Notes under the pieces: generated by a model
What the model saw: only the letters and a program-made list of their open reading frames with translations
Told to the model about the DNA's origin: nothing
Databases searched by the model: none
Made by a program: the position numbers and the translations under genes
Part shown: piece after piece, positions 8,146-15,721 of the stretch
How positions within the stretch are numbered: the first letter of the stretch is position 1
How the letters are laid out: every line of letters starts with the position of its first letter
Assembly: GCA_910579535.1 (NCBI GenBank)
Contig: CAJTUR010000022.1
Location: forward strand, 1 to 25,967
Reading direction: 5' to 3'
Source: an uncultured Bacilli bacterium
GTDB lineage: Bacteria; Bacillota_I; Bacilli_A; RF39; UBA660
Length of the DNA: 25,967 bases

Positions 8146-8781
8146 ATGCTAGATAATGGGCAAAAAAAAATAAAAGATTTACAATTAGAAGTCATGTCAA
8201 ACTGTGTCAATATAAAAAAAAAGAATTTTAAAAAAGGCGAATACATTTTAAGTTTTGGACTCAGACAAAAAGTCATTGGCTTTATTCTATCAGGAAAGGC
8301 AGACATCATTCGAATCACAATTGATGGAGAAGCTTCAATTATTCAAAAATTAACCACAGGCTCGATTTTTAATGATGCCTTTTCTTGTTTTTCCAAAGAT
8401 AGCGTTTTTGTTATTAGCAAAACCGATACTGAAATTTTTTTCATCGATTACCCCATTATATTTAAAAATTGTCCAGTTAAATGCCCTTATCACAATCATT
8501 TAATAGACCAATTACTAAACTTAATCACTGAAAACAATATAAAAGCCAATGAAAAAATCGAGATTTTAACTCATAATAAAATTCGTGACCGAATTCTTGC
8601 CTACATTTCAATAAATATTGGGAATTCAAACACTACTTTAATAACAATTCCCTATTCTTTTACAGAATTAGCTGAATATTTATGTGTGGATCGAAGTAGT
8701 TTAATGCGTGAACTAAAAAAAATGGAAGAAGAAAAGTTGATTAAAAGAGAAAATAAAACCCTTATTTTATTAAACGTTTAA
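8146..8781 (+). CDS. Crp/Fnr-family transcriptional regulator
   Basis: An N-terminal cNMP-binding-like beta-roll (FKKGEYILSFG...GKADIIRITIDGEASII) and a C-terminal HTH (FTELAEYLCVDRSSLMRELKKMEEEKLI). I see no N-terminal FNR-type Cys cluster. I prefer the ATG at 8146 (SD AAAGGG, 9 nt) over the TTG at 8128. Confidence 0.85.
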   Translation: MLDNGQKKIKDLQLEVMSNCVNIKKKNFKKGEYILSFGLRQKVIGFILSGKADIIRITIDGEASIIQKLTTGSIFNDAFSCFSKDSVFVISKTDTEIFFIDYPIIFKNCPVKCPYHNHLIDQLLNLITENNIKANEKIEILTHNKIRDRILAYISINIGNSNTTLITIPYSFTELAEYLCVDRSSLMRELKKMEEEKLIKRENKTLILLNV

Positions 8782-9538
8782 CATTGCTTATAGCATTTTT
8801 TTCAATTCGAGACACTTGAGCTTGACTAATGTGTAGAGCTTCTGCAATTTCCATTTGTGTTTTCCCAATAATAAAACGTTCCATTAAAACATTTCTTTCT
8901 CGTTCTTTAATCTTATTTAAAGCTCTTCTTAATGAAATCAACATATCTTTATCTTGATTCGAATCTTTCTTATCAGCAATTTGGTCCATCAAATAAATGG
9001 TATCTCCTCCATCATTATAAATGGGTTCAAAAATACTTTTTGGCTCTTTTAACGAATCTAAAGCATAATTAATTTGATATTCCGAAATAGATAACGTTTT
9101 GGCAATCTCTTCATTCGTAGGATAATTCCCATGATTTTTTAAATACTCTTCTTTAAACTTCAAAATTTGATACGCCAAATCTTTTATGCTTCGACTTACC
9201 CGTATGGATGTATTGTCCCGAATATACCTTTTAATCTCTCCAATAATAAGAGGTACAGCATAAGTTGATAACTTTAAATTGTAAGACAAATCAAAATTAT
9301 CAATAGCTTTTATAAGCCCAATCACTCCAATTTGAAACAAATCATCTAGATTATGTTTATCTTTATTAAATCGTTTTAATATACTTAAAACTAATTTTAG
9401 ATTCGCTTCAATTAATTTATCTTTAGCTTTTAAATCCCCACTTTGATACTGTTTAAATAATTCATTCATTTCACTTTGTTTCAAAACAATAATTTCACTT
9501 GTATTAATACCAGTAATATCTACGCTCTTTTTATTCAA
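8762..9538 (-). CDS. sigG: Sporulation sigma factor SigG (forespore, late)
   Basis: It aligns along its length to my recollection of B. subtilis SigG. Examples are GINTSEIIVLK vs GVDTSKLPVLK, DLFQIGVIGLIKAIDNFD, STYAVPLIIGEIKRYIRDN, FEPIYNDGGDTIYLMDQI and GKTQMEIAEALHISQAQVSRIEK. The TTG at 9538 has SD GAAAGGA 9 nt upstream and matches the SigG N-terminus. The ORF-track GTG at 9556 has no SD. Confidence 0.9.
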   Translation of the reverse strand: MNKKSVDITGINTSEIIVLKQSEMNELFKQYQSGDLKAKDKLIEANLKLVLSILKRFNKDKHNLDDLFQIGVIGLIKAIDNFDLSYNLKLSTYAVPLIIGEIKRYIRDNTSIRVSRSIKDLAYQILKFKEEYLKNHGNYPTNEEIAKTLSISEYQINYALDSLKEPKSIFEPIYNDGGDTIYLMDQIADKKDSNQDKDMLISLRRALNKIKERERNVLMERFIIGKTQMEIAEALHISQAQVSRIEKNAISNVKRLIK

Positions 9539-9595
9539 AATAAACAGTCCTTTCACTACTGTTTTGTCATAAAAAAAACTTTTTTATTCATTTTA

Positions 9596-9604
9596 TGATA
9601 AAAT
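9596..9604 (+). promoter_or_regulatory. Extended -10 (TGATAAAAT) upstream of HipA-like paralog 1
   Basis: A TGnTAAAAT motif lies 25 nt before the ATG and is duplicated before paralog 2. Confidence 0.45.
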
Positions 9605-9628
9605 TAAAGAGAAGAAGGTAATAAATTT

Positions 9629-10579
9629 ATGAAAAATGTAAAAAGAACAAATGGTTTTATTGATTTAGATGAACTAGAAAAAGACTCAAATTTTAAAATA
9701 ATTCCTTGGCCAGAAGGAATAGATAATGAATACTGTTGCTCCAACGTTCAGTTTATTTTTTCTTATGAGGACGAAGAGTTTATTTATAAAACTCCTGAAT
9801 ATACATGTCAATGCTATTATGAATTAATTGCTGAAGAACTAGCACATGATTTTTCTATACCCACAGCTCACTATGATTTAGCTAAGTCACACGAATATGG
9901 GGAAGGTGTCATTTCAAAAAATTTTAAACTGCCAAATACAACTTACATTAGAGGAGACATAATTTTAAAAGATTATGTAAAAAATTGTTTATATAAAGAT
10001 AAGGTTCTAAACAATTTTGAAATTGAAAAAGAAACAGAAATCTATAATAATCTAGAAGCCATTTGGGGCTCTTTCGAATATCGATATCTTAATCACCCTA
10101 ATCGAATAGAAATCGTAAATAAATTAATGAGTCAATTGGTAGATATGTTTATTTTTGATACATTAACAGGACATAATGACCGTCACATCAAAAATTGGGG
10201 TATTGCTGAAAATAAAGATGAAATATTCTTACAACCTCTCTATGATAATGAATTCATTTTATTTAATGAAACCTATTTTTACTTTACTCCTCATACAGAA
10301 TCTAATAAAGGTTCTTACTTAAATTTCAATGAAGGATTAAAAAAATCACTTTCAGAATTTCTTAGTGTTTCTGATGATGAATTCATAGAAAGATTAAAAG
10401 AAAAAATCCCACTTATTACCAAGGAGAATATTGATAACATAATTTTAAGAATAGAAAAAAGAATCAAAGCACCTATTCCTAAAGGCATAAAAAAACAAGT
10501 CAGTACTAATTTTAAAAAAATAGAAATACTAGTAAAAACAGTGATATCTGAATACGAAGAAAATAAAAAAACAAGATAA
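9629..10579 (+). CDS. HipA-like Ser/Thr kinase core protein (HipA_C-type), paralog 1
   Basis: 316 aa with catalytic-loop motif FDTLTGHNDRHIKNWG (D-x-H-x-x-N) followed by QPLYDNE (Mg-binding Asp). An upstream ELIAEELAHDFSIPTAHYDLA segment is typical of HipA-family kinases. There is no HipA N-terminal coupling domain. Confidence 0.7.
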   Translation: MKNVKRTNGFIDLDELEKDSNFKIIPWPEGIDNEYCCSNVQFIFSYEDEEFIYKTPEYTCQCYYELIAEELAHDFSIPTAHYDLAKSHEYGEGVISKNFKLPNTTYIRGDIILKDYVKNCLYKDKVLNNFEIEKETEIYNNLEAIWGSFEYRYLNHPNRIEIVNKLMSQLVDMFIFDTLTGHNDRHIKNWGIAENKDEIFLQPLYDNEFILFNETYFYFTPHTESNKGSYLNFNEGLKKSLSEFLSVSDDEFIERLKEKIPLITKENIDNIILRIEKRIKAPIPKGIKKQVSTNFKKIEILVKTVISEYEENKKTR

Positions 10580-10614
10580 TCTTTTACTTTCTCCTAAATA
10601 AAAGATTTTGTATT
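10579..10614 (+). terminator. Rho-independent terminator between the two HipA-like genes
   Basis: ATCTTTTA-12 nt-TAAAAGAT (10579-10606) is followed by TTTGTATTCATTTT. Confidence 0.45.
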
Positions 10615-10621
10615 CATTTTA

Positions 10622-10630
10622 TGTTAAAAT
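10622..10630 (+). promoter_or_regulatory. Extended -10 (TGTTAAAAT) upstream of HipA-like paralog 2
   Basis: It has the same sequence context as the paralog 1 promoter. Confidence 0.45.
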
Positions 10631-10653
10631 AAAAAAAGAAAGCTGTGACTATT

Positions 10654-11610
10654 ATGAAAAATGTAAAAAGAACAAATGGTTTTATTAATTTAGATGAGCT
10701 CGCTAATGACCCAAGCTTTAGAATGATTCCTTGGCGTAATAATGAATCAATGGTAGAAGAATTTGGCCATTCTCATATTAAATACATCTTTTATTACAAC
10801 AATGAAATCTATATTTACAAAACTCCTGATTATACACACCAATGTTATTATGAATTAATTGCTGAAGAACTGGCACACGATTTTTCTATACCTACCACTC
10901 ACTATGATTTAGCCTATAAATCTGGAGAGGGCAAAGGTGTTATTTCTAAAAATTTTAAACTTGCCAATCATAATTATACAAAAGGTTACGACCTCTTAAA
11001 AGATTATGTAAAAAATTGTTTATACAAAAATAAAAATATAACAGATTTTGATACAGATGAAGAAATAGAAAAATACAATTGTCTAGAAGGAGTATGGGCC
11101 GCCTTTGAGTATCGTTATCTTAGCCACCCTAATCGAATAGAAATCGTAAATAAATTAATGAGTCAATTAGTAGATATTTTTATCTTTGATGTATTAACAG
11201 GACAAACCGACCGTCACGAAGAAAATTGGGGTATTGTCGAAAACGACGAAGAAATTTTTTTACAGCCCCTATTTGATAATGATAGACTTTTATATATGGA
11301 CAATGATTTTTGCTTTAGTACTCAGACAGACAATCACATTCATTATTCTTTAAAATTCACTCAAGGAATAGAAAAACTCCTTCATGATTTTCTAAGCGTT
11401 TCATCTGCAGAATTTATAGAAAAATTGAAATCAAAAATACCTCTAATTTCAAAAGAAAATATAGAAAAAGTATTTTTAAGAATGGAAGAAAGAATCGAAT
11501 TTGCTGTTCCTTCACATATAAAAGAAAAAGTTTACGCTAATTTTGAAACTATAAAAGCAATTGTAAAAACAGCATTATCGGAATATGAAGAAAAAAGAAT
11601 TACAAGATAA
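10654..11610 (+). CDS. HipA-like Ser/Thr kinase core protein (HipA_C-type), paralog 2
   Basis: Motifs FDVLTGQTDRHEENWG and QPLFDND. The ATG at 10654 gives MKNVKRTNGF, identical to the paralog 1 start. The GTG at 10645 in the ORF track is unlikely. Confidence 0.7.
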   Translation: MKNVKRTNGFINLDELANDPSFRMIPWRNNESMVEEFGHSHIKYIFYYNNEIYIYKTPDYTHQCYYELIAEELAHDFSIPTTHYDLAYKSGEGKGVISKNFKLANHNYTKGYDLLKDYVKNCLYKNKNITDFDTDEEIEKYNCLEGVWAAFEYRYLSHPNRIEIVNKLMSQLVDIFIFDVLTGQTDRHEENWGIVENDEEIFLQPLFDNDRLLYMDNDFCFSTQTDNHIHYSLKFTQGIEKLLHDFLSVSSAEFIEKLKSKIPLISKENIEKVFLRMEERIEFAVPSHIKEKVYANFETIKAIVKTALSEYEEKRITR

Positions 11611-11612
11611 CA

Positions 11613-12068
11613 TTATAATTCTTTTTCTTTACAAAACTCATAAAAAGCAAAACACCCCTCTAAAATATCTACATAAGTACTTTCAAAATCTCTAGTATAC
11701 CAAGGGTCTTTTATATCTCTTGGTTGCTTCGTAAAATCTAAAAGTCGAAAGACTTTTTCTTTTTTTCCATTACAAATTCTTGTAATTGCTTCGATATTAA
11801 TTTGTTCCATAGCAATGATATAATCGTATTTTTCATAATCCTCCAATTTTAATACTTTTGCTTCTCTTTCTTGAAAATCTATTTTCTTTTCTTGTAACTT
11901 CTCTTTTGCTAAATAGTAAATAGAATTTCCTACCTCTTCTTTACTTGTTGCTCGAGATTCTATCAAAAAATCAGTTCTTCCTTTTCTCCTCACAATCTCT
12001 TTAAAAATAAACTCTGCCATCGGCGACCTACATATATTTCCTAAACAGACAAACACTACTTTTATCAT
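11613..12068 (-). CDS. Low-molecular-weight protein tyrosine (or arginine) phosphatase
   Basis: 151 aa with N-terminal P-loop VCLGNICRSPMAE (CX5R-S) and general-acid loop IKDPWY. Confidence 0.9.
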   Translation of the reverse strand: MIKVVFVCLGNICRSPMAEFIFKEIVRRKGRTDFLIESRATSKEEVGNSIYYLAKEKLQEKKIDFQEREAKVLKLEDYEKYDYIIAMEQINIEAITRICNGKKEKVFRLLDFTKQPRDIKDPWYTRDFESTYVDILEGCFAFYEFCKEKEL

Positions 12069-12101
12069 TTAAATTCCTTCTTTCCAAAAAGTATTTTTGA
12101 C

Positions 12102-12131
12102 TCAAAAAAACTCTTTTTTTAATAAAGAGTT
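12102..12131 (-). terminator. Rho-independent terminator of the ABC transporter operon
   Basis: On the minus strand, AACTCTTT-7 nt-AAAGAGTT is followed by TTTTTTT. It starts 5 nt after the permease stop. Confidence 0.65.
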
Positions 12132-12135
12132 CTTT

Positions 12136-13455
12136 TTATCTTTCTTTTAAAGATTTAAATATTTTTTTCCATAAATCTTGACTGGAATAATTTAAAATAC
12201 CCACTTTATAAATACGAAGTCCAAAATGGAATAATAAGTAGGTGACAACACCACATATAAGAGTAGATAAAGCAAGCTCAAAGATGGATATCTGACCGAG
12301 TAGGAAAATCACAGGGGCGATTAAGAAAGAAAGCATAGGTATATAAGCCATCACTTTTACAAATAGCGCACCTTCAAAAGCCGAAGCCATAATGGCAATA
12401 TAGTAGCCTACTAATAAAATAATCATTAAAGGGGTTTGAAGTTGTTGATAGTCTTCAATATTAGTAGTCATTGAAGCAAGAACTCCCGCAAGTGTTGCAT
12501 AGGCAAGAAAACTAAATAAGAAAAGTAAAATAATAAAAGGCAACCCTTGAATTAATAAATCAAGTACTCCTGTATTCTTAACGGTATCAAGTGTCTCCGT
12601 AATAAATCCTGAAACATCACTATTCATTCCCCCAAGTATCGAAGCACCAAGTAGCTTTCGAACAACAAAAGCAATGAGCACATCAACAAATAATACCAAC
12701 GCCTGAATTAAAACAAAAGCCGTAGATGCAATAATCTTTGATGAAAAATGAACCTTTGGTGAAACATTGGAAATAATAATCTCCATACTTCTTGTTGATT
12801 TCTCATCATTAATTTCAGCACCAATCATCTGAGTTAACATCGTAATAAGTAAGAAGAAAGGAACAATCATAACCACGATAAGACCCGATGAAACAATGTC
12901 TTTCCCTTCAGCATTCGAGTCAAGTTCTGGATTAGTCACATTTTTTTGTATCGATACATTACTTGTCAAGGCTTGTATGTCTTCTTCACTCATTCCACTA
13001 TGTTGCAAAACATAAGCTGACTTCACTTGATTTAAGCTGTTTTGAAAGAGTTGTTCTGTTAAGGTATCAATTGGATCAAAACTAATCACATCAGCTTTAA
13101 TATATTCTAAATCAGAAGATTGAATAGTTAAAATAATGTCTTCTTTTTCTTTTATTTCTTCTTTTAATTCTTCTATATTTTTAGTCGTATTCTCCAGTTC
13201 ATAATTTCCTAAATCTTCTAATTTTTCAGATAAAGCCTTAAAATTAGTTTCAAAAAGAGAATAAGCATTTGCATCATCTACCACATAAACTTTCGTTACA
13301 TTTTGAAAATCCCCACCAAAAAAACTAATAATACGATCAACATTAATAATACCAATTAATAAAACCAAAATTAAAATGTTTGCCACTTTAAACCATTTGG
13401 TATCTAATTTTTTCTTAAGACTTTGTTTAACTAAAAATTTTAGTTTATTCTTCAT
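12136..13455 (-). CDS. ABC-2 type transporter permease (YhaP/NatB-like)
   Basis: One N-terminal TM helix, a large extracytoplasmic loop, then 5-6 C-terminal TM helices. The ATG at 13455 (SD AGGTG, 6 nt) overlaps the ATPase stop, indicating translational coupling. Confidence 0.85.
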   Translation of the reverse strand: MKNKLKFLVKQSLKKKLDTKWFKVANILILVLLIGIINVDRIISFFGGDFQNVTKVYVVDDANAYSLFETNFKALSEKLEDLGNYELENTTKNIEELKEEIKEKEDIILTIQSSDLEYIKADVISFDPIDTLTEQLFQNSLNQVKSAYVLQHSGMSEEDIQALTSNVSIQKNVTNPELDSNAEGKDIVSSGLIVVMIVPFFLLITMLTQMIGAEINDEKSTRSMEIIISNVSPKVHFSSKIIASTAFVLIQALVLFVDVLIAFVVRKLLGASILGGMNSDVSGFITETLDTVKNTGVLDLLIQGLPFIILLFLFSFLAYATLAGVLASMTTNIEDYQQLQTPLMIILLVGYYIAIMASAFEGALFVKVMAYIPMLSFLIAPVIFLLGQISIFELALSTLICGVVTYLLFHFGLRIYKVGILNYSSQDLWKKIFKSLKER

Positions 13456-14347
13456 AAGAAGCACCTACTTTCTCTAAGAAAATTTCATTAAGTGTAGCAT
13501 CTTCAACAGCAAATTTAGTTACATTTTTACAATTTTTAATAAAATCAAAAACATCACTAACATTCTCATCACTACTTATTTTTACTACGATTTCATTTTC
13601 GTTTTGTATAACTTCTAGTACTCCACTTACTTTTTGCAATTTTGTTATGTCGACCTCATCACAAACAATATGAATATTTTTCTTTCGATATTCTTTTTTT
13701 ATTTGTTTTAATTCTCCCGATAAGACACTTTTTCCTTTAACCAAAACAACTAACTTTTCGCAAAACATCTCAACGTGTTCCATTCTATGCGATGAAAAAA
13801 TAATACTTGTTCCCTGTTTTTTTAGCTTTTTAATCACATCCATAAACATTTGAACATTAATAGGATCTAAACCAGAAAAAGGCTCATCCAATATTAAAAG
13901 TTTCGGTTCATTAATAATGGCGGTTATAAATTGTACTTTCTGTTGATTTCCTTTAGAAAGTTCTTTTATTTTTCGATCTTTATACTCAGTAATGTGAAAA
14001 TAATTAAGCCACTCATCAAGTTTTTCTACTATTTCTTTTTCTTCCATTCCTTTTAAGATACCATAAAAGATAACTTGTTCTTTAACCGTTAACTTAGTTA
14101 ATAAACTTCTTTCTTCTGTTAAAAAACCCAATTTATTTGTCAAATCATAATTTATAGGTTGTCCATCAATCGTAATGGTTCCACTACTTATATCTAGAAG
14201 TCCATTAATCATTCGAAACGTGGTCGTTTTACCAGCACCATTTACGCCAAGTAACCCAAAAATTTCTCCATCTTTAACGGTAAAAGATAGATCATCTACA
14301 GCTTTATTCTCTCCATAATATTTTGTTACGTGTTCTACTTTTAGCAT
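13445..14347 (-). CDS. ABC transporter ATP-binding protein (YhaQ/NatA-like, with C-terminal accessory domain)
   Basis: Walker A GVNGAGKTT, signature LSKGNQQK, Walker B LLILDEP and H-loop SSHRM. SD AAGGGAG precedes the start. Confidence 0.9.
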   Translation of the reverse strand: MLKVEHVTKYYGENKAVDDLSFTVKDGEIFGLLGVNGAGKTTTFRMINGLLDISSGTITIDGQPINYDLTNKLGFLTEERSLLTKLTVKEQVIFYGILKGMEEKEIVEKLDEWLNYFHITEYKDRKIKELSKGNQQKVQFITAIINEPKLLILDEPFSGLDPINVQMFMDVIKKLKKQGTSIIFSSHRMEHVEMFCEKLVVLVKGKSVLSGELKQIKKEYRKKNIHIVCDEVDITKLQKVSGVLEVIQNENEIVVKISSDENVSDVFDFIKNCKNVTKFAVEDATLNEIFLEKVGASYEE

Positions 14348-14410
14348 TTTTTTACACTCTCCCTTAACATTGTAACACTTCTATTCCTAAGAAACAATTT
14401 TTATATTTAA

Positions 14411-14441
14411 ATTATACCCCCCCCCCACTCAATTTTGTCAA
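14411..14441 (-). promoter_or_regulatory. Consensus sigma-A promoter (TTGACA / TATAAT) with a 19-nt spacer containing a G10 tract, upstream of the ABC operon
   Basis: The minus strand reads TTGACA AAATTGAGTGGGGGGGGGG TATAAT. The -35 overlaps the TGA stop of the upstream gene, and an A-rich tract lies immediately upstream (UP-like). Confidence 0.6.
14417..14426. repeat. C10/G10 homopolymer tract
   Basis: Ten consecutive C on the plus strand in a window where I saw no other G or C run longer than about 5. Confidence 0.95.
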
Positions 14442-15676
14442 ATCTTTCTTCTTTTTTTTCGTTTTCTTTTTTTTAACTTACAAATCGAAAAAAGACAGAT
14501 AATCAAAAAAACAAGGACGATTCCCATAATTTTATAATCCGTATAATTATACTTAATTTCACGATTTAAATAAACATCATAAGAATAAAGAAGATTTTCT
14601 TTATAAAACACCTTTACTTTACCAAGAAAATCATTTTGTTTTATCTTTCGATTTAGGACTTCTATACCTTCATATTGATAAGAAAAATCCTTTATCTCTT
14701 TTTCTAAATAAAACGAAACATCTTCACTACTCTTAATAAAATAATCTTCTAAAGTTGCGTCTTGAACTTTTAAATGAGCAAGAACACGATCCTTTTCTAA
14801 AACATTTATATAATCATAATGTTCATTAAAATAATTATAAATTTCTAAAGAATCTACAATATGATTAGGAAAGCCATTTTGATACATTGAACCAGCAAGA
14901 ATCAATAAATACTCTACATTATCAAATTCATATAAACTTGATAAACAAAGCCCTGCATCTTTAGTAAAACCAGATTTGGAACCCTTTATTGATCCCACAT
15001 TTAGATGGTATTTTTCAGAGGGTCCAACTAAGGTACTATAAAGTTCTAAATAATTCGTCGTCTTATAATAACGCGTGGTATAAATAGTTTCAAACACTTC
15101 ATTTTGAAGAGCATAGAGAATCAACTTTTTTAAATCTTCTAAAGTTGAATAATTATTTTCATCATCTCTTCCTACAGGATTACTAAAATGAGTCGCATTC
15201 ATTCCTATTTTATCTTTTAATTCATTCATTAAAACCACAAAATTGTCAAGATTTCCACCAGTAAGTACAGCTAAGGCTTGGGCTGCTTCGACTCCACTTG
15301 GAAGAAGTGTTCCATAAAGTAAATCTCGAATGGTAACTTTTTCATTCATTTTAAATCCAGCCATTGCATAGCCATTTGTATTATAGAAGGCTTCTTTAGG
15401 AATAGTAACGATTTTATCTAAATCTTCATTGTTTTCAATCGCTACCATTGCCGTCATTATTTTTGTTAAACTCGCAATCGAAATTTTATCTTCATAGCCT
15501 TTTTGATAAACAACTTTTTCATCTTTTAAATTATAAAGCAAAAGATGATTAGTTTTTACATCTAAATTTAAGTTTTCTAAATTAAAATAATCGTATTCGC
15601 TTGCTTTCGCCCAAACATTAGAGAGTAATATTAAACTAAAAAACAAGTAAACGATTAAAAATCCTATTTTTTTCAT
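14438..15676 (-). CDS. Serine-type D-Ala-D-Ala carboxypeptidase (S11, PBP5/DacB-like) with C-terminal TM anchor
   Basis: It has a signal peptide, SxxK motif SIASLTKIM and a KTG-type motif GSKSGFT. The SxN position reads PSGVEAA (Asn replaced by Val). The C-terminus is a TM helix plus KLKKRKRKKRRKI. Confidence 0.8.
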   Translation of the reverse strand: MKKIGFLIVYLFFSLILLSNVWAKASEYDYFNLENLNLDVKTNHLLLYNLKDEKVVYQKGYEDKISIASLTKIMTAMVAIENNEDLDKIVTIPKEAFYNTNGYAMAGFKMNEKVTIRDLLYGTLLPSGVEAAQALAVLTGGNLDNFVVLMNELKDKIGMNATHFSNPVGRDDENNYSTLEDLKKLILYALQNEVFETIYTTRYYKTTNYLELYSTLVGPSEKYHLNVGSIKGSKSGFTKDAGLCLSSLYEFDNVEYLLILAGSMYQNGFPNHIVDSLEIYNYFNEHYDYINVLEKDRVLAHLKVQDATLEDYFIKSSEDVSFYLEKEIKDFSYQYEGIEVLNRKIKQNDFLGKVKVFYKENLLYSYDVYLNREIKYNYTDYKIMGIVLVFLIICLFSICKLKKRKRKKRRKI

Positions 15677-15691
15677 AATAACCTCTAAAAA

Positions 15692-15721
15692 ATTATAGCA
15701 TATTTTAAAAAAACAAGTAAA
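15692..15721 (-). promoter_or_regulatory. Candidate sigma-A promoter of the carboxypeptidase gene
   Basis: The minus strand reads TTTACT-18 nt-TATAAT with TGC immediately upstream of the -10 (extended -10). Confidence 0.4.

Larger units (their letters stand above)
9585..11610 (+). repeat. Tandem duplication (period about 1026 bp) of a promoter + HipA-like kinase gene unit
   Basis: Unit 1 starts at 9585 and unit 2 at 10611. Both begin TATTCATTTTATG(A/T)TAAAAT. The first 33 nt of the two CDS are identical, and a 44-nt internal block (CACCCTAATCGAATAGAAATCGTAAATAAATTAATGAGTCAATT) is also identical. The proteins are roughly two-thirds identical by eye. Confidence 0.85.

Noticed and set aside
8106-8318. 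70-aa minus-strand ORF
   Set aside because: It overlaps the 5' end of the Crp/Fnr gene on the opposite strand and the intergenic promoter region. It has no SD and a low-complexity translation.
9557-9628. Search for a sigma-F/sigma-G type promoter upstream of sigG
   Set aside because: A GAATA -35-like pentamer is present, but the sequence 17-18 nt downstream (ACAAAAC / CAAAACA) lacks the conserved T of the CAHWHTA -10. It is not supportable from sequence alone.
9629-12068. Reading the HipA-like kinases plus the convergent LMW phosphatase as a toxin-antitoxin or kinase-phosphatase module
   Set aside because: The phosphatase is on the opposite strand and carries a Tyr/Arg-phosphatase CX5R signature, whereas HipA kinases are Ser/Thr-specific. 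No HipB, HipS or other small partner ORF is present. I keep it only as a speculative note in the finding.
14369-14377. Second extended -10-like element TGTTACAAT in the ABC operon leader
   Set aside because: A start site about 7 nt downstream would fall inside the SD (AAGGGAG), and there is no -35. It is probably not the main promoter, but it is listed as an alternative that could undercut the phase-variation idea.
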